From NCBI GenBank assembly GCA_016930775.1, contig JAFGGB010000011.1, positions 11,415-75,414 of the forward strand: a stretch of 64,000 nt of DNA, read 5' to 3'. The first letter of the stretch is position 1, and every line of letters starts with the position of its first letter. Shown piece by piece: positions 50,512 to 59,171 of the stretch. The stretch comes from Deltaproteobacteria bacterium (GTDB lineage Bacteria > Desulfobacterota > Syntrophia > Syntrophales > UBA2210). Position numbers and translations under genes: made by a program. The notes under the pieces were generated by a model. The model was given only the letters and a program-made list of their open reading frames with translations, was not told the DNA's origin and did no database searches.

Positions 50512-52092
50512 TCACTCACTGTATCTGGCAAAGGCGAAATCTGTGCGTTCATATTCCACAGGATCGGCGTCGGGGTAGGGAACTTCCTCGCCGGACCAGG
50601 GTTTCCTGAGTGCCACTGTCGATCCGTCGCGACCCATGACGTTGTCGCGATGCATGGGCACCTTGCCGCCGGCCGTGCAGATATACCGGGGAATTGCATC
50701 GCCCGATATGTTGCCGTACATGCTTTCCACAATATCGCGCCCCACCTCGACGGGAACCCTGAGATGGGAGAATTGGGGATTCCGGTAGGAGCAGTTGAAG
50801 ATGTAGTACGGCCGTACGTAGGCTTCCTGAATGGTTTCGCAAAGCTTCCACATCTTGACGGGACTGTCGTTGATTCCCTTGAGGAGGACTGCCTGGTTCA
50901 TGACGGCCATGACGCGTCCGGAGAGAGCCTTGAAACCTTCCCGGCTCAGAGGAGTGATTTCCTGGGCGGTGTTGATTTGCGTGACAACCCGAAGGGGCTT
51001 GATGTCGTTGCTTTCTCCGAGAACATCCAGGAGATCCTGGTCGATGCGCATGGGCGCCGTCACCGGAATGCGAGTGCCCAGTCGTTTCGTCCGCACATGT
51101 TCTATTTTGTCCAGTTCTCCCAGGAGCCAGCGGATCATGTCGTTGGGCAGGACAAAGGCGTCGCCGCCCGTGACGAGAACATCGCGAATGTAACGGTTGT
51201 TGCGAATGTAGTCGAGGGCCTCGCCGTAAGCCTCTCGGGAATATATCCGGTCTTTTGCGCCGATATGAGCGATGCGCAGGCAATGAGTGCAGTACATGGC
51301 GCACATGTTCGTCGACTTGATAGTCGTTACGCGAGGATAGAACTGGTCGATCAGTCTCGCCGGCGAGTGATCCGCCGCTACGGGCGGTATTTCATCGCCC
51401 ACGGCATCCACCATTTCGCCCGTGGGGACGCACTGCATCAGCACGGGATCATTCAATTGCCCGGGCTGGATGAGGCTCGCGTAATAGGGTGTGATTCTCA
51501 TGCGGTACGATTGCGTCACCCGAAGTACATCGTGGATTGCCGCAGGAGGAAGTTCGAGGATTTTCGAGAGGGTGTCAACGGAATCGATGGCGTGACGGAG
51601 CTGACCCTGGTATGAATACCAATCGTCGTCGTTCATGGAGAGCGCCTCTTTGATCCGGCCGACATTCTCCTGGATTCGCAGCCACAGATCTATGCCGCTC
51701 GGCGCCTCTTGGTCTCTTGTCGTCATGTAGCGCCGGACGCGCTTGTTTGCCGCGAGTACGATGGGAATTGCCCGGTTGATCCTTCCTCCAACCGTGACTC
51801 CGTGCTCGTCGATGGACTCGTGGCGTTGAGCGAGATCGATGAGATCCTTCCGAGTGAGCCCGAAATCATCGGGCGAGAGGCTGTTTTCCCGGCGTGCAAG
51901 GAGAAGACAGGAAAAAAAGTGCAGTATCGGCTGGGTCAGTTTTGACAACCGGGCATCTTCGAAGGAAGAACGAATTTCCTCCGCAAGATTAGTATCCGGC
52001 GGCGTTCCTGCTGGGCCTGTCGAATAGAGTTCATTGAATAGTTCCTCCGTGTATTCGTCAAGAGAAACTGATTGATCTGTTGCATCCAACAT
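50512..52092 (-). CDS. KamA-family radical SAM aminomutase with ~150-aa N-terminal extension
   Basis: 526 aa. The CxxxCxxC cluster is in the KamA context (NMCAMYCTHCLR). DVLVTGGDAF and the PLP-region blocks are typical of lysine/glutamate 2,3-aminomutases. Confidence 0.85.
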   Translation of the reverse strand: MLDATDQSVSLDEYTEELFNELYSTGPAGTPPDTNLAEEIRSSFEDARLSKLTQPILHFFSCLLLARRENSLSPDDFGLTRKDLIDLAQRHESIDEHGVTVGGRINRAIPIVLAANKRVRRYMTTRDQEAPSGIDLWLRIQENVGRIKEALSMNDDDWYSYQGQLRHAIDSVDTLSKILELPPAAIHDVLRVTQSYRMRITPYYASLIQPGQLNDPVLMQCVPTGEMVDAVGDEIPPVAADHSPARLIDQFYPRVTTIKSTNMCAMYCTHCLRIAHIGAKDRIYSREAYGEALDYIRNNRYIRDVLVTGGDAFVLPNDMIRWLLGELDKIEHVRTKRLGTRIPVTAPMRIDQDLLDVLGESNDIKPLRVVTQINTAQEITPLSREGFKALSGRVMAVMNQAVLLKGINDSPVKMWKLCETIQEAYVRPYYIFNCSYRNPQFSHLRVPVEVGRDIVESMYGNISGDAIPRYICTAGGKVPMHRDNVMGRDGSTVALRKPWSGEEVPYPDADPVEYERTDFAFARYSE

Positions 52093-52120
52093 GGCTGAGG
52101 GTGTCCTTTCATTGCATTTG

Positions 52121-52210
52121 TCATTTAAGCCTCGTATCCAGTGCGTCCTGGAGTCCGTCGCCCAGGTGATTGAATCCCAGTAGAGCCGGAAATATGGTCG
52201 GTTCCGTAAA
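52121..52210 (-). pseudogene. 3' remnant of a DppC/OppC-type permease gene
   Basis: ...TIFPALLGFNHLGDGLQDALDTRLK* matches the C-terminal signature of the intact permease at 44082..44963 (TIFPGL...LNTLGDGLRDILDPRI). Nothing upstream of it is left. Confidence 0.6.
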
Positions 52211-52289
52211 ATGGCCTGCTTTGCAGCTATTTTTCCATATTCGCCTGCTCGCTATCCCTGTGCGCCAGGGACTTTCTGGAATTGCCGCG

Positions 52290-53702
52290 TCAATCTTCAA
52301 GCGCACTATAGAAAAGGCTCGTGTCGAGATCGGTCACTTTAAAATGGATATTGCCGGCCTCAAGCGAAGCGCGGCCCCGTTCCGTTGTGACGAGGGCGCC
52401 TCCCATTCCCATGACTTCGCCCTGTTCCGCAATGATTTGTCCGCCAGCTATGACGAGGTCAGCCCTCTGCTCTTCGTAATCGACGACCGCAATGTCGGCG
52501 TCTGCGCCTTCCCCCAGATGGCCCTTCGAGTGAAGCCCCAGCATGAGTGCCGGTTTCCACGCAGATTTCGTTACGAATTCTTCGATTGTCAATGCTTCGA
52601 ATTTGACCAAGCTCAGGCCGTGACTGAGGAGGAAATTTCGAGGGATGCCCCCTCCGTCGGTGCTGAGGGCCGTGACGATAAAACGACCGCCGTTGTCCTT
52701 CTCCGTGGCCATAAGAAAGGCCGTGGAGCGGTGGTTTACCGGAAAGGAGATCATGACTTCGAAATTATATCTTTGCAACAGTGCAAGTCCTTCTTCCGGA
52801 TCGGCATAAACTACTCCAGTTTCTGTAATCCTTTGAACTTTGCAATGGCCGTTGCGCACGGACTCTTTAAGGCCTTCCGCTGTCGGATCGTACCCGCCCG
52901 CAATCAGGCTTGCACGGGTTACATGGCTTCGGGGAACCGATGCATCCAGACGGGCGCCGCAGCTGTTGTAAGGGGCGATGTGCGATTCGCTAACAAGGCG
53001 CCGCCGCTGGGCCAGTTCTCTCAGCGCAATATAAGATTCCCAGACAGGCGATGAGTGTGTATAGCCTCGACAGTAGGCGTTGACGTGACAGATATGGAGA
53101 TGATTTTCACCAGTTAACTCGAGAGCGTCCTGAAGGCCCAGGAGATTGCTGCCGTTTTTTGTACTGCCGCAATGAAAGGCCGCATAGCAGCGTTGTCTGT
53201 TTGCCAGTTCGATTGCGTTAGCTGTCGCTTCCGGAGTGAGGGGGATATGACCTCCAAGGAGCTTGATTCCAAGGGCGCCCTCCAGGAGCGATCGTTCAAT
53301 AAATGACTCGATCTCGGTTTTTCCTGCATTCGGGACGCTGACAGTGTCGCCGGGAACGAGGCGATTCAGCACGGCCACATTGATGCCGCTTCCATTGCGG
53401 GCCATGCCCTCGATTATATCAGGCACGAGGCCTGAACAGTCGAGAGCCGTGGTGACTCCTGCCTGTGCCAGCATCTTGAATCCGATTGATCGTCGCGGCG
53501 GGGTCAAGTGGACGTGGGTGTCAACGAGTCCGGGCATAACCAGTCGACCGCCGGCATCATAAACCTTGCATGATGGCGACGCCGGTATTTCTCGTTCGAC
53601 GGCTGCGATCCTTCCGGCGGCAATGCCCACGTCGAAAATTCCGCAGCGATTGTTCGCGGGATCGACGACTGTTCCGTTCCGTATGATCAGATCATAGGTC
53701 AT
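52290..53702 (-). CDS. amidohydrolase-superfamily metallohydrolase (D-aminoacylase/dihydroorotase/isoaspartyl-dipeptidase-like)
   Basis: 470 aa. The N-terminus is DLIIRNGTVVDP...GRIAAV, followed by the HxH metal motif (VDTHVHL). Confidence 0.8.
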   Translation of the reverse strand: MTYDLIIRNGTVVDPANNRCGIFDVGIAAGRIAAVEREIPASPSCKVYDAGGRLVMPGLVDTHVHLTPPRRSIGFKMLAQAGVTTALDCSGLVPDIIEGMARNGSGINVAVLNRLVPGDTVSVPNAGKTEIESFIERSLLEGALGIKLLGGHIPLTPEATANAIELANRQRCYAAFHCGSTKNGSNLLGLQDALELTGENHLHICHVNAYCRGYTHSSPVWESYIALRELAQRRRLVSESHIAPYNSCGARLDASVPRSHVTRASLIAGGYDPTAEGLKESVRNGHCKVQRITETGVVYADPEEGLALLQRYNFEVMISFPVNHRSTAFLMATEKDNGGRFIVTALSTDGGGIPRNFLLSHGLSLVKFEALTIEEFVTKSAWKPALMLGLHSKGHLGEGADADIAVVDYEEQRADLVIAGGQIIAEQGEVMGMGGALVTTERGRASLEAGNIHFKVTDLDTSLFYSALED

Positions 53703-53727
53703 GGCCGATAAAGCTTCCTGTCCTGGT

Positions 53728-53753
53728 TTGTTTATATATTTTGTTTATATATT
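53728..53753. repeat. perfect tandem duplication 2 x 13 bp (TTGTTTATATATT)
   Basis: Read directly from the sequence: 53728-53740 equals 53741-53753. It lies 26-51 nt upstream of the amidohydrolase start codon, inside the predicted 5' UTR. Confidence 0.9.
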
Positions 53754-54004
53754 ATGTTTTCCTGTGCGAAGGCAATAAGCCGAAAATTGCTGCGGTACAG
53801 GCGCCTGCACGCAGTGGCGTCTCTGCGCTTGAAAGATACATCTACGCCATTCACGGCCTTTGCAAAGCACTCTTCCGTATCGAAGCGCCTGCGAAGTCCC
53901 GTGATTGCATGCAGGTCAGGCTGATGAAGAGAAGAAGCAGTTTCCATAAACGTTATTTGCCTCGCCCTCAGTGAGAAATCATGATCTCTTGATGCACTAT
54001 AATT

Positions 54005-54020
54005 TGCAAAGCCTGTGCCA
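54005..54020 (-). promoter_or_regulatory. sigma54 (-24/-12) promoter, consensus match, facing the amidohydrolase-to-ABC operon
   Basis: The minus strand reads TGGCAC-AGGCT-TTGCA, matching the TGGCAC-N5-TTGCW consensus at every specified position. It lies ~300 nt upstream of the ATG at 53702. Confidence 0.7.
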
Positions 54021-54343
54021 TTATATTTATCAATGTATATCAACTAATTATATCCATGACCATTTATTATGAGCCTTTATGGTTCTCATAAATTAAATAA
54101 TTGAGAATATAAGGCGCCCATTAAAAAGAAGATAATATCTCGAAGATATTCACTGACAAGAAGCAGTAAATTCATGTTAACTATTTGAATTAATGTAATA
54201 TATAGTCATCGGGATAAATCGTTGCTTGCCCCGCGGGTCATAATGCGATAGTAATAAATCGGTGAGCTTGAATATATGGGAATTAAAAATTCACCTATCG
54301 TTTTTTGCAATCGGCGATTCAGACAAATCAATGAACTGGCGCC

Positions 54344-54359
54344 TGGTATAATCGTTGCT
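54344..54359 (+). promoter_or_regulatory. sigma54 (-24/-12) promoter facing the GGT-paralog/activator genes
   Basis: TGGTAT-AATCG-TTGCT has the GG and GC dinucleotides exactly 12 nt apart and ends 37 nt upstream of the ATG at 54396. Confidence 0.55.
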
Positions 54360-54395
54360 GCGGTATCAGCAAGATGAAACCAGGGGAGGGCGCTT

Positions 54396-56021
54396 ATGGA
54401 TCTCGAACGTATCGAAGCACCAGGCGATGCGACAGACGATGAAAAGTATGCCGTAACGGAAGGAGGCATCGTCGTAACGGCCTTCCCCCTTGCCACTGAA
54501 GCCGGCGTGAGCATGCTGAAAAAAGGCGGAAACGCCGTGGACGCGGCATGCGCTGCTGCGTTTGCACTGTCCGTCTGCGAACCGCAGTCAAGCGGTTTGG
54601 GGGGTCAATCCATGGCCCTCATACACCTGCATGGAAGGACCTTTGCCGTTGATGGTTCGAGCCGTCTGCCGTCTCTCGCCCATATTTCGCGAATCGTCAA
54701 TTCAGATCGCATTCACGGGTACCGAGCCGCTACGGTTCCAAGCACATTGGCTTTTCTCGGCTATCTGCATCTCCGGTACGGAAGGCTCGAATGGTCGACC
54801 CTTATTGAGCCGGCGATCCGCATCGCCCGTGACGGATATCGAATATCGCCCCTTCAGCACAGGTTGCAGCAGAGGGAACTGTCCGCCTTGATGGCGGCGT
54901 CTTCGCGCTCGGGCGCGCGATATTTTCTGAAAAACGCTTCTTATCCTTACGACACAGGCGATCGCTTCGTTCAGCCTGACCTTGCGGCCCTTTTGGAAAT
55001 TATCGCCGAGCGGGGTCCCAGGGAATTTTACCTCGGAAGGATCGCCCGCATCATCGGAGAAGATATGGAGGCCAACGGCGGCCTGATTCGTACGGAAGAT
55101 CTTGCTCTCATTCCCTGGCCCATTGAGAGGCGACCAATCGCCATTCCATATCGAGGCCTTTCCGTGGCCACCATGCCGCCTCCGGCCGGGGGGCGCAGCC
55201 TGGCGCTTGTACTTCTTATGCTCGATCATATGGCGCCGGAGATGCTTGCTCCCGTAACTCCCCAAAACCAGCACTGCCTTGCTGAAATCTTCAGGAAGGC
55301 CCTTCTTCAACGGCGTCAATATCCTTACCACCCCAATTTCTACGCTCAAGCTATGGATGATACGATGGTCAATGCCGGCTTCGCCGCAGAGCTGGTTAAA
55401 TCCATAAGAGTATCAATTGATCCGGCGCTGTCCTGCGATGCCAGCCCGCGCGACGGCGGAGAAACGACTCATCTTTCCGTCATCGACGACGAGGGCAATG
55501 CCGTGGCCATAAGTCAATCGATCGAGGCCATCTACGGTTCAGCCGTAGCGGCTCAGGGTCTCGGCTTTCTTTACAATAATTACGTTAGAACGATGGAGAC
55601 GAAAGATCCCGGCAATCCTTATTATCTGCGACCTAACGCAGTGCCCTATTCAACGGTCTCTCCCTCGATCCTTTTCAGGAATGAAAAACCCTGGATCGTT
55701 GTGGGGAGCCCCGGCAGCGATAGAATATTTTCCGCTGTCGCCCAGTTCCTTCTTCATGTCATTGACGGGGGGCTTTCCCTCGGGGAGGCTGTGGACAGGC
55801 CGCGACTCCATTGCTCCATGGGAGGAAAAATCAGCATTGAAGCCGCTCGATTCGACCCTTCGGTAATCGATCATTTGATCAAGCTGGGATACGACGTTGA
55901 GCGTCTGGATTCTTACTCCTTTTTCCCCGGAGCAATTTACGCCGCCATGAAGTGCCAGACAAATCCGACATATCAGGGCGTCGCCGAAGTGAGGCGGGAA
56001 GGTTCAGTAGCGGGACCGTGA
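54396..56021 (+). CDS. gamma-glutamyltranspeptidase-family Ntn hydrolase (paralog of 47681..49333), no signal peptide
   Basis: 541 aa. It shares blocks with the other copy along its full length (GNAVDAACAAAFAL, SGARYFLKN, GGETTHLSV, VVGSPGS-RIFS, YQGVAE-RR-G). Confidence 0.85.
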   Translation: MDLERIEAPGDATDDEKYAVTEGGIVVTAFPLATEAGVSMLKKGGNAVDAACAAAFALSVCEPQSSGLGGQSMALIHLHGRTFAVDGSSRLPSLAHISRIVNSDRIHGYRAATVPSTLAFLGYLHLRYGRLEWSTLIEPAIRIARDGYRISPLQHRLQQRELSALMAASSRSGARYFLKNASYPYDTGDRFVQPDLAALLEIIAERGPREFYLGRIARIIGEDMEANGGLIRTEDLALIPWPIERRPIAIPYRGLSVATMPPPAGGRSLALVLLMLDHMAPEMLAPVTPQNQHCLAEIFRKALLQRRQYPYHPNFYAQAMDDTMVNAGFAAELVKSIRVSIDPALSCDASPRDGGETTHLSVIDDEGNAVAISQSIEAIYGSAVAAQGLGFLYNNYVRTMETKDPGNPYYLRPNAVPYSTVSPSILFRNEKPWIVVGSPGSDRIFSAVAQFLLHVIDGGLSLGEAVDRPRLHCSMGGKISIEAARFDPSVIDHLIKLGYDVERLDSYSFFPGAIYAAMKCQTNPTYQGVAEVRREGSVAGP

Positions 56022-56039
56022 TCGTGAAGGCGGAGGATT

Positions 56040-57452
56040 GTGATGAAAAAAGCCATCGTAATGACGCAAGCATCGGCGGTTCACCGGTCCATCGCCGAAA
56101 TTCTTGGGGGGGCCTTCACGGTGGATCGGGCCGCTTCGATCGCGCCATGCCTTGATTTAATTGATGAGTTGAAACCCTCGGTTCTCTTTGTTGACCTGAA
56201 TGACGTGCAGTCGGAATCGGCCCCCGGGGATTCCGGCGGGTTCTTGCGTATCTGTGCATCGATCCGCCGGGCAACTCCTTCCATATCGATCATTATAGTG
56301 GCTCCCCGGGGAGATGTATCGGCAGCCGTTGCCGCCGTTAGGGCAGGCGCTGATTCCTATGTGACGTTGCCTCTTAATGACGATGAGCTTCGGCATGTCG
56401 TCGATTCGGCAGGCAGAGGCCGTCAATTGAAAACGGAAGAGAGCATCCTCCACGAGCCGTTGCTTGACGGGGACGTAAACTGGATGCTCAAGACAAAATC
56501 TTCTCATATGCTGGGCATCCTTGAAAAGGTGCGCATGGTCGCTCCCACGGAGACAACGGTTCTTCTTGCGGGCGAAACCGGAACAGGAAAAGGGATTATC
56601 GCCCGGTTAATCCATGAGATGTCCAGGAGAAGAGACCGGCGCTTCGTGAATGTCCATTGCGGCGCCATTCCGGAAACTCTTATCGAGAGCGAACTCTTCG
56701 GCCACGAGCGAGGCGCTTTTACCGGGGCCATACGACGGAAACTGGGGCAGTTCGAGGTTGCTTCGGCAGGCACGATATTCCTCGATGAAATCGGCACCGT
56801 AACGGTTGCCACGCAGATCAAGCTTCTTCAGGTTCTCCAGGATCACACTATTCAACCCGTCGGCGCCGAGCGGCCCATCGCCTGTAATGTCAGGGTTATC
56901 GCCGCATCAAATAACGATCTTGAGGCCATGTGCGGAAGAGGCGAGTTCCGGAACGATCTCTATTATCGCCTCAACGTATTTCCCGTTTTTATTCCGCCAC
57001 TTCGCGAACGGTGTGAGGACATCCCGCTTTTTATTGACTATTTTATTAAGAAATTCAATGCAATGAACCGAAGGGAAATCGAAGGAGCAAGCCGGGAAGT
57101 TATGGATGCCTTTATTCGATACCGCTGGCCGGGGAACATACGGGAGCTGGAGAATCTCATTCAACGGGCCTTCATTATTGAGACATCAAAACGCCTTACC
57201 AGGAAATCCTTTCCTCAGGAGCTGTTTACGGAATCTATTGTCGAGGATCTGCCGCCGAAGGATCTTCAAAGACTTTCCATCGTCAGACGCAAAGCGGTGG
57301 AAGAGGCGGAGCGCTCCTATCTTGCCGTTCTCCTGGCGAAGACGCGCGGGCGTATCGGCGTTGCGGCCGACCTGGCAGGAATAACCAGGAGGCGGCTCCA
57401 CAAACTGCTGAGTCAGTACGGAATCAGAAAGGAAGATTTTAAGCAGGGATAA
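56040..57452 (+). CDS. sigma54-dependent transcriptional activator (receiver-like N-domain, AAA+ domain, Fis-type HTH)
   Basis: Walker A GETGTGKG, ESELFGHERGAFTGA (GAFTGA motif) and a C-terminal HTH are present. The probable start is ATG 56043 (GGAGGA 5 nt upstream). No cognate kinase gene is adjacent. Confidence 0.9.
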   Translation: MMKKAIVMTQASAVHRSIAEILGGAFTVDRAASIAPCLDLIDELKPSVLFVDLNDVQSESAPGDSGGFLRICASIRRATPSISIIIVAPRGDVSAAVAAVRAGADSYVTLPLNDDELRHVVDSAGRGRQLKTEESILHEPLLDGDVNWMLKTKSSHMLGILEKVRMVAPTETTVLLAGETGTGKGIIARLIHEMSRRRDRRFVNVHCGAIPETLIESELFGHERGAFTGAIRRKLGQFEVASAGTIFLDEIGTVTVATQIKLLQVLQDHTIQPVGAERPIACNVRVIAASNNDLEAMCGRGEFRNDLYYRLNVFPVFIPPLRERCEDIPLFIDYFIKKFNAMNRREIEGASREVMDAFIRYRWPGNIRELENLIQRAFIIETSKRLTRKSFPQELFTESIVEDLPPKDLQRLSIVRRKAVEEAERSYLAVLLAKTRGRIGVAADLAGITRRRLHKLLSQYGIRKEDFKQG

Positions 57453-57641
57453 AACAATACTTGCAGTTTCTGCGGCGGGGGTAAGTGAGATCGTGACAGG
57501 TCGATGATAATGAGATTCCTCCTGAAGGGATAACGCTGGGATTCAGTGATTCGTCCGTTGTGGAAATCTTTATGAAAATAATGGAATTGAACAACAGGTC
57601 TATGTTAGGAAGCACTGTTTCCTGAAGAAGGACGGCAATAA

Positions 57642-58619
57642 ATGATTCTCGAAGTATGTCCGGACATTTTCAGAATAGAAGTTCCTCTTCCCGAGAACCC
57701 GTTGCAGCATGTCAATTCGTATGTCGTAATGTCGGGCGGCGCCGTTCTTATCGTGGATACGGGGTTTAATCTCGATGTCTGCGACCGGGTTTTGCCCGAG
57801 GGATTGGCTCAGCTTGGCGTCGATGCGGCGCGCGCCGAGTTTTTTATAACCCATATGCATCCCGACCATGCCGGCTTGGTCCACAGGCTCGCCGGTCAAT
57901 CCAAGAGAATTTATTGCGGCGCAAAGGAAATCCGTCATCGCATCGACCGGGGACTGTGGGCGAGATTCCTTTCGGCCGGTCGGGCAAGCGGGCTGGCTGA
58001 AGCGGACCTCGAGGCTCTATCGTTGCGGTATCCGGCTTTTCATTACGATGCACGATGGCTTAGCAGCGCAACGGCGTTGCGTGAAGGCGATGTCGTTACG
58101 GTAGGAGATTATCGCTTTGAATGCGTCGAGACGCCCGGTCACACCATGGGGCACGCCTGTCTCTTCGACCCGAAAGGGAGCATTCTCATTGCAGGAGACC
58201 ATATTCTCTCCGATATAACTCCAAACATAACGGGATGGCTCGACGATGAGAACCGCCTGTCCCTTTACCTTGAGAGTTTGTCCAAAGTCGCCGCACTTTC
58301 CATAGAAACTCTGCTCCCGGGACATCGGGGCATAATAGACAACTGCCGGAGAAGAATCGGTGAAATCGAAGCGCATCACCGGAAAAGAAGCGAAGAAGTC
58401 ATGAAGATACTCCGTGACGGACCCATGACGGGTTCATCAGTGGCCTCCCGAATGACGTGGGATCTTCGCGTTCGATCATGGGAAGCCTTTCCGCCCGCCC
58501 AGCGCTGGTTCGCCACGGGAGAAGCCCTGGCTCATCTCCGGTATCTCGAGGCGCAGGGTTTTGTCGTGAAGGACCTGTCGACCGATGGAGAATACTTTGC
58601 GATTCAAGAAGAATGCTAA
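57642..58619 (+). CDS. MBL-fold metallo-hydrolase with C-terminal winged-helix-like extension
   Basis: 325 aa with the HxHxDH motif (THMHPDHAG), TPGHTMGH and a later GH. Confidence 0.8.
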   Translation: MILEVCPDIFRIEVPLPENPLQHVNSYVVMSGGAVLIVDTGFNLDVCDRVLPEGLAQLGVDAARAEFFITHMHPDHAGLVHRLAGQSKRIYCGAKEIRHRIDRGLWARFLSAGRASGLAEADLEALSLRYPAFHYDARWLSSATALREGDVVTVGDYRFECVETPGHTMGHACLFDPKGSILIAGDHILSDITPNITGWLDDENRLSLYLESLSKVAALSIETLLPGHRGIIDNCRRRIGEIEAHHRKRSEEVMKILRDGPMTGSSVASRMTWDLRVRSWEAFPPAQRWFATGEALAHLRYLEAQGFVVKDLSTDGEYFAIQEEC

Positions 58620-58649
58620 AGCAGAAGCTTGATTTTTTATTATTTCAAT

Positions 58650-59171
58650 TCAATTGCGAAGCCATTTATCGAATCGAGGAATTTCTTCAGTTTGCCATTG
58701 CCCAGAAAGACGCTTCTCAAGAAAATAGGCGAAGAGTTTTTCCATTGTCGCGACAGCTTCTTCGGTCATGCCGATTCTGTCAAGGAGCCGGGCCTCTCTG
58801 CTCTCGCTGTCGTCCTTCTCCTCAGGCCCCGCAGGAAGGCTCAGGGACTGGAACCTGAAATTATCCGCATTGAATGTGAACTCCCAATCGGCTGTTCCTA
58901 TTGACAGGCGAAGGCGGGCCTCTCGTATTTTCTTGCCTTGACGGAGAGCGGCCTTTCCTTCCTTGAGATCCGTTCGGAAACCTTGACAGGATACGGTTTC
59001 CGCAAATTCTCCCTCTCCCGATTCGAAGACGATGCGTCGAAGGAAAATAACGCCAATATCGCCTTGACCCGGCAGGTTGACGACGCCGTTTCTTTCTTCG
59101 CTCTTATGCCAAAGCCAGGTGAGGAATTCTCTGCCGAGAAATGTATAATTGCCGCCGGTTGTCCCGTTCAT
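58650..59171 (-). CDS. RdgC-like protein, C-terminal half as a separate ORF
   Basis: The start is chosen at MNGTTGG, whose ATG overlaps the upstream stop (TCATGA at 59168-59173) with AAGGAG 8 nt upstream. FLGREFLTWLW and the following region correspond to the C-terminal third of E. coli RdgC as I remember it. Confidence 0.6.
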   Translation of the reverse strand: MNGTTGGNYTFLGREFLTWLWHKSEERNGVVNLPGQGDIGVIFLRRIVFESGEGEFAETVSCQGFRTDLKEGKAALRQGKKIREARLRLSIGTADWEFTFNADNFRFQSLSLPAGPEEKDDSESREARLLDRIGMTEEAVATMEKLFAYFLEKRLSGQWQTEEIPRFDKWLRN

